Source: Guillardia theta CCMP2712
Lineage: Eukaryota > Protista > Cryptophyta
NCBI RefSeq assembly: GCF_000315625.1
Contig: NW_005434628.1
Coordinates: 514,362-578,361 of the forward strand
DNA length: 64,000 nt
Direction of reading: 5' to 3'
The position numbers and the translations under genes were made by a program. How positions within the stretch are numbered: position 1 is the first letter of the stretch; every line of letters begins with the position of its first letter. Below are positions 1 to 13,795 of the stretch, piece by piece. The notes under the pieces were generated by a model. The model was not told the origin of the DNA and did not search any database. It saw only the letters and a list, made by a program, of their open reading frames with translations.

Positions 1-150
1 CTTCCCTCCTCCCTCCTCCCTCCTCCCTCCTCCCTCCTCCCTCCTCCCTCCTCCTCCTCCTCCTCCCTCCTCCCTCCTCCCTCCTCCCTCCTCCCTCCTC
101 CCTCCTCCCTCCTCCCTCCTCCCTCCTCCCGCCTTCCTTCCTCCTCCCTC
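1..150. repeat. (CCTCCCT)n low-complexity tandem repeat, intronic
   Basis: Near-perfect 7-mer pyrimidine repeat ending shortly before an AG acceptor at 168-169. Confidence 0.9.
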
Positions 151-169
151 CATCGCTCTGAACTGTAAG

Positions 170-338
170 GGACAAGATCACCCCCACCAGCGAGGCTGCT
201 CGGGACTCCAAGACCATCGAGAGCTTCTGGAAGCTGACTGAGGAACAGCTGGAGGAGGTGCCTTCCTGCTTTTTTGCGCCTGCCCGGTGGCTGACCAGCT
301 GTAAACAGGCTGTCAAGAAGCTGGGAATCCTCAGCTAG
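170..338 (+). CDS. Last two exons of a gene entering from the left; C-terminus resembles retinol-dehydrogenase-type SDRs
   Basis: Exons 170-257 and 309-338 (51-nt GT-AG intron) give DKITPTSEAARDSKTIESFWKLTEEQLEE|AVKKLGILS*, similar to the S..A.D......LW..SE tail of RDH12/WWOX-like SDRs. Confidence 0.55.
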
Positions 339-480
339 GAGTGCCGAGCTCAGTCGGTTGACTTGATTGGTTCCTAACACTTCAGCGATTACAGCTGAAT
401 TTGCTATTCTATGCCTCCTCCTCTTCCTCCTCCTCTTCATCCTTATCTCCTAATCTGCATCCTCCTCCTCCTCTTCCTCC

Positions 481-3837
<3,357 letters not shown>

Positions 3838-4084
3838 CGGAGCAACGAGACCTTCTCGGAGCCTCCTTGACCACTCGTCTTCAGCGGGAACCTCGTGAGA
3901 TGTATGGGCTCGACTGTCCTGCTCCTGCTCCTGCTCCTGCTTCTGCTCTTCTTCTCTCGGATCCTCCCTTCCTCGCTCACTCTCTCACTCTCACTCGCAC
4001 TCTACTTGTCCTGGTAGACCTCTCGCCAGCATGTGCCAGGCTTTATCGGCCCCGCAAAAGCCCTCATCCCCGCTCAGTTAAGGT

Positions 4085-4350
4085 CTCAGTGCCCGCCCGG
4101 CCGGGCCGGGCCGCGGCCGGGCAGGCCGGCCCGGGCCGCGCGGGGCACCGTGCCTGTGAGTCCCAGCACTGCACTGAGTACATGATCAGTCATCAGTCAG
4201 TGCTGCTCAGCTGGGCGAGTCACGTGCAATGGCCGGAGTTTGGCAGGGCATGTCGCAAGTTTCATAAATTCCTGTCCCGGAGTCCCGGAGTCCGGCGCCG
4301 GGCCCATAGCCGCGGCCTCAGTCTCCACTGAGTCGGAGAGTCTCAGTCAG
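4085..4350. promoter_or_regulatory. GGCC/CCGG-rich palindrome island upstream of the Hsp70 gene
   Basis: Dense GGCCGG/CCGCGG/CCCGGG plus CTGAGT/GAGTC/CTCAG words, about 250 bp upstream of the ATG at 3837. The regulatory role is inferred. Confidence 0.4.
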
Positions 4351-4498
4351 GCTCTTTGAAACTGCCGGGTTCGAAGTTACTTTAAATTCTCTTCTTTACG
4401 CGATGGGAAGACAAATATGTTTAAAAGAGGAGGGAAGCCACATAGAACTCGGAAAGCTTGAGGACACATACTGGCACAAACTCCACAGTTGAACTACA

Positions 4499-5609
4499 CT
4501 AAGAGGCCGTTGCGTTGCTAGGTGTCAAAGAACTTCGCGCTTCTCCGCCTCCACCCGTTGCCTCGTCAAGCAACCTGCTATAGTGTACAACCTGCCTCTC
4601 ATACAGCGCTCTGACCTCCTGCGATAGTCTGTCGTTGGACAGCGCTTCGGTTGCACGGAGAAGTGACTTGCTCCATAGATAATGTTTCCTGGCCTCCTCG
4701 GATTCCGCCATTGCCTTCATTGTTATCTTGATTTGCGCGTACGTCCGGTCAGCAGCATCTGAGAGAGTCGAGCTCCCTTCGGCTCCCGCGCTCTCCCCGT
4801 TATCATCAAGTTTCGCTCGTTTGTTCGCCCGCTGATCCTGAGCCTCTTGTTGCGATTGCGATGATTCTTGAGCTTCAGCGTCAGGCTGAGGAATCCCGCC
4901 GGAATCAACAAACAGTTTCGTGACATCCTGGTTGTAACCTTGCACGATGAGGTTTCGGAGGTAGTACACGTCCAACCAGTAAGTCTTATGGTGGTCCTTG
5001 TCATCGTGAGTGTCTCTGCAGAACACAAAGAAGTCCTCGAGCAGAGGAGACTTAAGATCGCTGCGCTCCCAGCTGCTCACAGCCTTCGTGTAGACCCTAC
5101 GTATGTCCTGGATCCTCCTGCTGACCTCCTCCGGATCGATGACCCTGCGGGGCTCGAGGTTGGGCTCGGCCCTCTTTGACAGGTGGACATCGTTGGGGAA
5201 GCGGAGGAAGGGTTTGAACGCCGAGTCATTGAAGCGCTTGGCAATGCTCGTAAACGCCTCAGCGTTGTCGGTGTTGGTTGCGTCCTGCAGCTGCGCTATC
5301 GTGCCGCCAGTATTGAGTCCTCTTCCTTGTTGTCGCCCCCTGCTGTCCTGCTTCCGCTCCTCCTGCACTCAGAGTCGAGGAGGACGGTTGCGTGGCGGTC
5401 GGCATCGTCGGCTGGATGAGGCAAACTACCCCACCACAGTTGTTGTTGGACCAGTTCTCGCCATTCTTTCGAAGGAGGCCTAGCCAGCACTTGTTGCAGA
5501 GTCTGTGCTTGCACACGCTGGCAAGGGGAGCGGCAGAGGGGTCGATGGGAGCGAGGCATTCTGCACAGAGGCTGTACCCTCGCATCCCGTACGTGTAGTG
5601 GAACGCCAT
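4499..5609 (-). CDS. Protein with an N-terminal RING-like zinc finger and a Myb/SANT-like domain, in two frames (intron or frameshift near 5370-5430)
   Basis: ORF 5259-5609 has CAEC..CKHRLCNKC..C. ORF 4499-5368 has AFTSIAKRFND...RRVYTKAVSSWERS...FFVFC...DVYYLR. A possible GTAGTT...TGCAG intron would join the two. Confidence 0.5.
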
Positions 5610-5915
5610 GAATGCTAGCTACTGGCGGGATTCAGCCCGGGTCCGCGAACGCCGGGAGACCGGAGACAACAATGCACAGTCTGCCAGCAGTTTGCTGCCA
5701 GGTCTGCAGCACAGTCTGCTGCACAGTTCGATCAGTGTAGCAGAGGTGCTGCTCACTGTTCTGTGATGAAGCGAGCTGGTGCAGGTGGACGGAGGGGAGC
5801 AGCAGGAGCAGGAGGAGCAGCAGGGGCAGGAGGAGGGGCAGGGAAAGGCAGTGAGGTAGAGGAAGTGCGGCGATGGGCGCTGGAGATTGCGGCGAACGTG
5901 GCACGCCTGGTTGAT

Positions 5916-7311
5916 ATGGAAGAGGTCATGCTGGAGGCTGTGGTGGAGATGATGTTTTGGGGCTTCATGGTCGTCGTCGTGATCTCTATCATCCTGTACC
6001 TCCTTCCAGTGGATGACAACAGATGGAGGATGCCGAGGGACGTAAGGAGAGCTGAGAGCTATGGTGCGGTGTGAGTGGATCATGGCAGGTGGAGCTGAGC
6101 TACATGACGACGAGAGACCTGTGCAAGGTTCCATACTGGAGCAAAGGGAACGGGCAGACCATCATTCTCGTGCACTCCGTCGGCTGCTCGTCGGTCATCT
6201 TTTTCTTCCTCTTTAGAACGTGAGGAGGCCTGAAATCCTGCCAGAGATTAACTTGTTGCAGATTGACTGCAAAGGGATACCGGGTCATAACTTACGATCT
6301 CCGTGGACACGGGATGTGTTCGCACTCAAGTCTCTTCACAGCCAGCATCTTGGTACTTGTGTAAACTTTCTTGTAAGACCCCTGAGCGAGCTGATATCTG
6401 ATACTCTCCCTCTGCCATCCGTCATCTCTGCATGATGACGAACGAAGTGTGACGATTTACTGGACCTTATTGAACATGTGAATGCGGACCAATGCTTCTT
6501 GTTAGGTAGGTGAGAGAAAATCTTGACTGCTCGTTCACCTTGTTCTTGTAGGCTATGGACTTGGTGGTTATCTCATCCAAACGCTCTGCATCCGCCATGC
6601 CCAACAAGTTTCAAAGAGAGTGAAGTGATATTATGCCTTGCTGTAGACGTGGTAGATGACTTTGTACCCAGAGGGATAGTTCTGGTCAGCAGTTTCCCTG
6701 TCTCACCTGCACGGGTAGAGTCGTTCCCCTGGCTCTACAAGATTTTCAGCTCTTGGGGATTCCTTCACGTCTTCTTCCGATTCCGCACCCTCGCCAGGGT
6801 CATCGCTCGTCCATTCTTCGGTCAGTTCGTAAACAAGACAATGCAAGTGAGTGGGCGAAGCTGATTGATGTAGGAGCGAGCTGACCTGCTGCCTGAAGGA
6901 AGAGCTTAGGAGGAGCTTCCTCTCCTGCCCGAGACACATATGGGCAAGAGGACTCGCGGCAGGCAAGACTGACGCGCGTTCCCTTCATGTTGTCTGATGG
7001 GCATCGGACAGGAGACGTGGACCTCACTCCCGACTTGAAGAAGATCGAGGCCCCTTGCCTTGTGGTGTGCGGATCCGATGACAAGTTTGCATTTGGTCTG
7101 CAATGTAGATATGAGAACTCGAACACGGGAAAGGTGAGGAGGAGGATGTTCTACTCGCAGTGTCTTGTTGCTCGACCCTGTTGACCTGCTGCTGATGACT
7201 ATGGCAAAGGTTATTCGGTTGGAGAGGATGGGCCACATGCTGCCCTGGGAGGCCCCAGATTCCCTCACTCAGCTTGTCAAAGAGTTCATAACCACGAACA
7301 TGAATGTATAG
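5916..7311 (+). CDS. Alpha/beta-hydrolase-fold protein with an N-terminal transmembrane anchor (multi-exon)
   Basis: Spliced reading gives TM FWGFMVVVVISIILYLL, then GQTIILVHSVG, YDLRGHG, CDDLLDLIEHVNADQCFLLGYGLGG, LKKIEAPCLVVCGSDDKF and GHMLPWEAPDSLTQLVKEFI...* (TAG 7309-7311). The start could be as early as 5766. Confidence 0.8.
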
Positions 7312-7419
7312 TAAACTTATTTCATTCGATTCACTGTGAAGCAGAAGATGCCGTGCATCAATCTTAACGGTTGACTCGAATGAGCTCATCGGATCGTCGC
7401 CGGGACATTTTGGCCTTTG

Positions 7420-8040
7420 TCGGACTCGCCGGGCGGCGGCGCGCCACCGTGCCGTCATCCGGGTGCCGCCCACTGGTAGTGCTACATAGGCGGCCCGGCC
7501 CGGCACGGGACAGTGCAGGTGATCCGATCACATGCCGGGCCAGCCGTGCCAGTCAGATAGCCCCGCCGAGTTAACAAAAACTCTCCCGTAAACTAAGGCC
7601 CCGCGGCGACTCTGACGTGTTTCAAGGCAGCAATGTAGTACGTGCTGACCGGAAGACTCCGGGAGGCTTTCCTGGCCGTCACTTCAATGCTAAGGTCCTC
7701 TCATGTCCGATCTGGATACTCACAGAGTCAGTGGGTTTAACATCCGGGCCTGCTCAGCGGCATACAGTACTCAGGCTAGCATACAGTCTATCTCTCATGT
7801 GCTCCGCAATTCTAGTCAAGTTTTGTGTGCATGAAAGTTAAACTTCGGTCTTGTGCAAAAACTGTCTTGTTACAACTAAGGTCGATGTGATATCTGCGTT
7901 ACTTTTGGCATAGTACAAGTCTAACAAACTTGTGCTCCGTCTCCCGGACTCCCGGCTCCCCGGGCCCGGCCCCCGGCCGGGCCGCCCGGCCACTGGCAGC
8001 CCGGCAGTCGGTCACGGCGGCCCGGCCGGGCCTAGCAACA
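7420..8040. promoter_or_regulatory. GGCC/CCGG island(s) upstream of the 8141 gene
   Basis: Clusters of GCCGGG/CCCGGC/GGCC at 7425-7610 and 7940-8035. Confidence 0.35.
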
Positions 8041-8140
8041 AGAAAGTTCGCCTCGGAATGATTCCCTAAATGATGCAGAGGACAGCAATCGTAGTGGTGT
8101 GAACAAAGGAAGAGAGCCTTCCTAGTCTTCCACGTTCAAC

Positions 8141-8935
8141 ATGATGATGGCCGGGTCAAGGGCGAGGTACAGGATGGAAGAGCTCCTTCGGTCTAGCAAC
8201 ATGATCAAGGTTCCACGATGGCTGACCATGAGAGCAAGAGAGGTACGTCCATGCTGCCATGTCCTGTCTGTCTGATCGCTAGTCGCTCTAGAGACTTGCG
8301 GTCAGTTCTGAGACGTCGAGATGCCGTCTGGGAGGTGCACGCGGCTTCATGACAGAGGGAGGGATGAAGGGGCACACGGATGAGAAAGAGGATCCGATGG
8401 TACTTCATGACTCACACATGCTACGAGTCTTCCATGCTAACTCAATCAAGGTCAGGAATGCTTGGATTGCAACCCTAACATGTACGAGCGCCATGTTCGG
8501 AGGAGGCATTGCGTTGGGATACAACACGCTGCTTCCTGTGATGCATACGTGATCTTTCCCTGCGCTCTGTTTGACTCTCGTTCAGGCATGGGCGACGTTT
8601 CACGCGGGAGGAGTTGTTGCATGCTCGTTGAAGAAGCAGCCTTTCGAGATCGCCATGCACGGTAAAGTCGTCCAGTCGTTAAGATGGTCATAGATGTCGA
8701 TTTGATTGTTATGATTACCAGCTCTGATTTTCTCTGGAGTGATGCTGTACTGGACCGGTGAGTGACTAGAATCTCTCTTCTCCATGATTGACATCTGTGT
8801 ATGATCCTGCCGTTCTTGGTCTTGCTGTTTGCCACATGAACTGTGACTGATCGAACTCTGTACGAAGGTTATTGGGGAGGTGAAACATCACAGCAAAGGG
8901 CTATTGGAAAGAATGGGGAAGAGGATGATAGATGA
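8141..8935 (+). CDS. Small hypothetical membrane protein with an Arg-rich N-terminus (possibly mitochondrial), multi-exon
   Basis: Hand-spliced GT-AG model: MMMAGSRARYRMEELLRSS...|VRNAWIATLTCTSAMFGGGIALGYNTLLP|AWATFHAGGVVACSLKKQPFEIAMH|ALIFSGVMLYWT|GYWGG...*. No family recognised. Confidence 0.4.
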
Positions 8936-9169
8936 AGACGAAGCGAATGTGAGAAGTGATGAAAGAAGTCTCGGCAGTCTAATCCTAGTAGTAAGGCGAA
9001 TCCTGATCATATGGAAGTTCAGCCGATTATGAACAAACGTGTCACGTGTCACGTGTTGTTATTCCTTCAATCATATCAGTGTATGCGAGTAGTGTACAAC
9101 TCTGAGCAACGGTCAGCGTCCTGAACAGGCTGCTTCAAGGCTTTGAGGATTCAAGCCGCTTCCGAAGTT

Positions 9170-9500
9170 GAGGCCCGGCCCGGCGCACTGAATGATTCAT
9201 AGTGACTGCTGCGTACGGTAACTACTTTAACCGTTGGAAAGCATTCGGAAGCTCGACTGCCGGAGTAACTTGACAGTAGTGTGGTAGTAAACCACGCGGC
9301 GGCCTGTCAGTGTGACAATTCGGATCAGGCTGGCAGGTCGACCGTACCGTGACTCAGCCCGGCCGGACTGACTCTGCGGCGCGCCGCGGCGCGGGCCGGG
9401 CGGCCTCGGGCCCGGCCGGTGCCGGGCCGGGCCCTCAGTAGTACGGTACGGTAACTCAGGGCCCCGGCCGGGCCGCCGGTGCCTCCGAATCGCGCGCGGA
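9170..9500. promoter_or_regulatory. GGCC/CCGG island upstream of TMEM165/GDT1
   Basis: GCGCGCCGCGGCGCGGGCCGGGCGGCCTCGGGCCCGGCCGG with GACTCAG/ACTCAG words, followed by two copies of AATCGATTCGATTC at about 9527 and 9557. Confidence 0.4.
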
Positions 9501-9841
9501 GTCGATTTAACTGATTTTTTCAAAAGAATCGATTCGATTCACACTTGAAAACATTAAATCGATTCGATTCAATGATTGGAGGTGACGTAGAGGGATTGGC
9601 AGGTGATGGTGTATTGGGTAGGGGTCCTTTTATCAATGGGGGTCCGTTCAACAGGGTAGTAGAAGCTCAGGGTAAAAACGATAAGAGGGGTACTATAGCG
9701 AATACTGATATGGCTTCATTCGATAAATCAGTATTCAATGTACACTCAAAGTCACCTCACAATAAGTAACAGCATTGTAGGGGTAGTATGACTTGGATCG
9801 GTTGAACTAGCAGGGTGGGTGTGGAGGAGCTGCAGGGCGGC

Positions 9842-11389
9842 ATGGCGCACGGGAGACTGGCCATGAAGGCGGCGCAGGCGGCCATGGTGATGGTTTTGTT
9901 GAGCTCTTCTGCTATGGCCCAACAAGATCTCAAGGTGTGAAGTAGACGTATGCTTGAGATCCGCCACCACGATATTTGCGACTGATGATGCTGATTGCGA
10001 GTGATGCTTTCCAGCTGGTGTCGGCGATTGTTGTGAGCAAGTAGAGTGGATCGAGTTAGATTGACCGTCATGGCGGATTGATATGGAAGATCATGATGTT
10101 TGTTGACTGCAAGAATGATATGAGACAGGATTTTCTTGTTGATTTGACATTTTTCAATCGTCAAGAGCTCAGCGAGTCTAGCGCAGCATCTTGCATGCCT
10201 GACATATGCTTCCAGCTCAGCAAGAATGCAACAAGTGCATCAAAGGATTCCAAGTCCTCCATCGGAGGACACATCATCTCTGGATACGCAGATGCCTTCA
10301 TCTCCTCGCTCATGATGATCATCGTGTCCGAGTTGGGTGATAAAACCTTTTTCATCGCCGCGGTGATGCGACTTGTGTAGAAGTCTCCCACTCACTTATT
10401 CTCAGATCATGGCCATGAAGCACTCTCGTTGGATTGTTTTCTCTGGAGCCATAGCTGCGCTCGCCTTGATGACTGTCCTTTCATGTACCGCTTTTAAGAT
10501 TGACGAGTGCATTGATTTTGACTAATACTTTCTTTTCAGCTGCATTCGGATACCTTTTGCCGAACATACTTCCCAGGGCATACACGCACTATGCCTCGAT
10601 TGTTCTCTTCATCATCTTCGGAGCGAGACTCTTGAAGTGAGTCGGGAGCTTTGCCTTGCTTGCTTTGACATAGTTGCTCTTCCTTCCTTGCAGGGAAGGG
10701 CTCGAGATGGAGTCAGGGAAAGTCTCCGAGGAGCTGGAAGAGGTAAGTAATATCTGACGTGTTTTGTTCTTAACGGTTTGCCAGGTTGAAAACGAATTAG
10801 CCAAAGTTGGAAAGAAAACAGATGTCGAGACTGCTGGTGTGCGATGTTGCTTTGCGATTTTTCCCTGACGCCGTTGATGTAGACGGGAACAATCAAAGCA
10901 ATGACAACGTTTCCTTTACCAACGGGATTTTGTGGCAGTCTTTCATCTTGACCTTCCTTGCTGAGTGAGATGCAAACCTTTTGCAGTTTGTGACCACTTT
11001 GACCTGAGCGATCCGGACAGGTGGGGCGATCGATCGCAGATTGCCACCATCGCTCTTGTGAGCTCCTTGTCTTTCGAAGGTCCCATCATGGTTTGACGTG
11101 TACCTTGCTGCAGGCTGCGCACAAGGATCCCTGGGGAGTAACGATCGGCGGAACATTGGGGCATGCTATCTGCACAGGGCTCGCTGTTCTTGGAGGGAGG
11201 ATGCTCGCCTCACGGTAACCTGTGAGACCCAGAAGCCTCTGTGCTGACACTTGCGAACAGAATCTCAGAGAAGACCGTCGCGCTGTCCGGCGGAACTCTC
11301 TTCTTATTATTTGCCATCCATGGAATCCTGCAGGTATGGGTTCCGGGATGTCACTTCGGTGGTTGGATATGCCTTTAGAGACGAAGTGA
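9842..11389 (+). CDS. TMEM165: GDT1/TMEM165 (UPF0016) Ca2+/Mn2+ transporter, multi-exon
   Basis: Signal peptide MAHGRLAMKAAQAAMVMVLLSSSAMA. Both family motifs are present (IIVSELGDKTFFIAA and FLAE|WGDRSQIATIAL), plus GGTLGHAICTGLAVLGGRMLASR|ISEKTV. The exact stop (11378 or 11389) is uncertain. Confidence 0.93.
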
Positions 11390-12821
11390 GTCGTTCTCCC
11401 CTCCTCCTGGTGATTTAGCATACACCGAACTCTCCTGTTTATGAACACTGTGCCCGCACATCAGCTATGTTAGTTAGTTATGGTTCGAATCGCACGCCTG
11501 TTGTGTTCCGTCCAACTTCGATTGTTCTTCCGAATGGCAATATTTCTACAGTAACATCTTATGGCAGATTTTCTAAATGCGCTGCAATGGATAGCTCCAA
11601 CATCTCAGATCCTGATTCAGAATGTCGATGGATAGGCTCAGGCTCTCGTCAAGGTTGTAATGATAGATGGAATCATAATGAATGCAAGATATTGAACACA
11701 CCATCCCTCACCAATGAATCTCAATGGCAATGACTTTACTAACTTCTCACCAAAGATAACACTCATCTCCTTGATACAGCCGGATGATCTACAACGGTTT
11801 CCAACCTGCCGTACAACCCATCAGCGACAATCTAAATCCTTTCGGAGGGTGGACTGGTATGGAGGATCGCTTTCAACATGTAAGTCTTGATTATACCAGC
11901 GACCCATAATAGATCGCCGGGGCGAACAAGACTAAGATCTAGGGCAGCCGCCATTTGATCGCCATCCATGGGCAAAGGATGAGAAATTGGTAAAGGCACC
12001 CAGGGATCGAAGCGTGCAACCAAAAAGAATCATGTTTCTGTCACGCTAATAACGATCTAGATGGATGAGAAGTTTGAGGGATCTATCTTACACGAAGAAG
12101 AAGCTCTGACCCACATTTGATCTACGTCATTTCTTTGCTCCTCTTCGATCTTTCACTGATTCATCTTCTGTGACCATCTTTCACCAAGCTTACTCTGCAA
12201 GACGCTACAAGACGCTATCTTGCCGTCAACAACACTTTCATGGCATCGCACACTTGTCACCATCTTCTTCCCTTCAGAACATTTCCTTCCTTTCCCCTCC
12301 TCTCACATACGATCTCATGTCGCCCTCTCCCACCATCGTCTCCCTTGTGTAGCTGCCATACCTGATTTGTGTGCTCGTGCAAATCGGGGATGTGCGAAAG
12401 CACGTAAAGCTGCCCTGCAAATGTTTGAGATTTTTAACCCCAATAATGCTTGTTAAATTTGAAATTTACTGATGTAATTATCCATATCCAACAACATTTC
12501 AAGTTTGTTTTTTTTGGTTCTTTCGCATGTTCTGTCCCATTCTTAGACTACCCTACCCTCATTCAGATTAAATCTCATCGAGTACCCACAATTGCAGTTA
12601 AATATAAATTTAAAGTACGGGTCCACAAAGTACCCCACCCATCCTCACGGTGAGGCAACTTGCCGTTCCTCGCTCCACCGTTCCTGCTCCCTCTCTGTCC
12701 CCCTCCTTCTCTTCCCTTGCCTTCTCTTCCTGCAAACACCTCCTTGCTCTACTCCCTCCTCTAGCTCTACTCCCTCCCTCTCCTTCCCGTACATCTAGTA
12801 GATCAACTTAATTCCTTCAGC

Positions 12822-13580
12822 ATGCACTCGAGCCCGCCCTTCCTGCGGACTCTCAGTGGCGATGGCTGGATTCCTCACAAGAACCATCCAGCAAGACAGT
12901 CCGTCGACTCCTCCAAGTTGCGAGAGCAGCTCGGAAGAGTAGGCAGCCTCGGAAACATGGACTTCATGCAGATCCCCTCTGATTTCGGCAACACCGCAAA
13001 CGATTTCGCCGCACTGAACATGCGTTCTCTGAGAGACGAGATTGAGAACTCTTTCCTCAGCTACAGCTCTCCCAACTCCTCTCCCCGGAAAGTGGAGGAA
13101 GAGAGACCGAGAAGAGAAGAGGCCATGGAGGATAGTGCACCAGTCATCTCAGGGAGCCTCGAGCTCCTTTCAGAGCAGGGCAGTGTCAATGGCATGCAGG
13201 TCCTTTGCTCCATCTCGAGTGATGGCTCGTTTCGCATCTTCGAGGGGAAGAGGAGGACTGCGATCGCCGAGCTGCGACTGGTCGAGACGGTCGTGGGCTT
13301 CAGGAGGAGCGACACCAGGGGCTTCATCCTGACCAGCAACAAGCGGTTCCTCTTCGATGCCTCCAAAAGCCAGGAGTGCTTGTTCATCCACTGCGACGAA
13401 GAGGAGCAGGGGGACTGGCTGGCCGCCATGGTAAAGCTGGGGGCTGCGTCGGTGGAGATGGACGGAGAGGAGGAGGCGGAGGCTCCCCGGGGGCCGAGAG
13501 GAGCACGCGGGACGAGGGAGCGAGGGGAGAGCAAGTCGATGTCGCCCGAGCCTCGAGGGTTCTTGTCGAGATTTTTGTAG
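12822..13580 (+). CDS. PH-domain-containing protein (252 aa, single exon)
   Basis: Intact ATG-TAG ORF. The segment PVISGSLELL...FRIF...IAELRL...GFIL...LFIHCDEEEQGDWLAAM matches the PH strand pattern and C-terminal Trp helix. Confidence 0.7.
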   Translation: MHSSPPFLRTLSGDGWIPHKNHPARQSVDSSKLREQLGRVGSLGNMDFMQIPSDFGNTANDFAALNMRSLRDEIENSFLSYSSPNSSPRKVEEERPRREEAMEDSAPVISGSLELLSEQGSVNGMQVLCSISSDGSFRIFEGKRRTAIAELRLVETVVGFRRSDTRGFILTSNKRFLFDASKSQECLFIHCDEEEQGDWLAAMVKLGAASVEMDGEEEAEAPRGPRGARGTRERGESKSMSPEPRGFLSRFL

Positions 13581-13795
13581 GGAAGAAGGTGAGAAGTCAA
13601 TAGACAACATGAACATCATCGTGCTTGTTCCCCCCCCTCCCATCCCCTTTCGCCCCTTTTCTCCCTCTCCTACTCGTCCTGTAACAGTGACGAAAGTATC
13701 ATCGTGCTGGACCCCTCTTCCCCCACCCTCCTTCCCCCTGCTCCCCCGTCTCTCCCTGTTACAGTGACGATAACATCATCGGGCTTGTCTTGTTG

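Noticed and set aside
3867-4331. ORFs over the GGCC islands (also 9227-9523, 35594-35848, 52666-53115)
   Set aside because: They are open only because high GC suppresses stop codons; no recognisable protein features.
11460-12400. Short ORFs between TMEM165 and the PH gene
   Set aside because: Frequent stops and no recognisable motifs.
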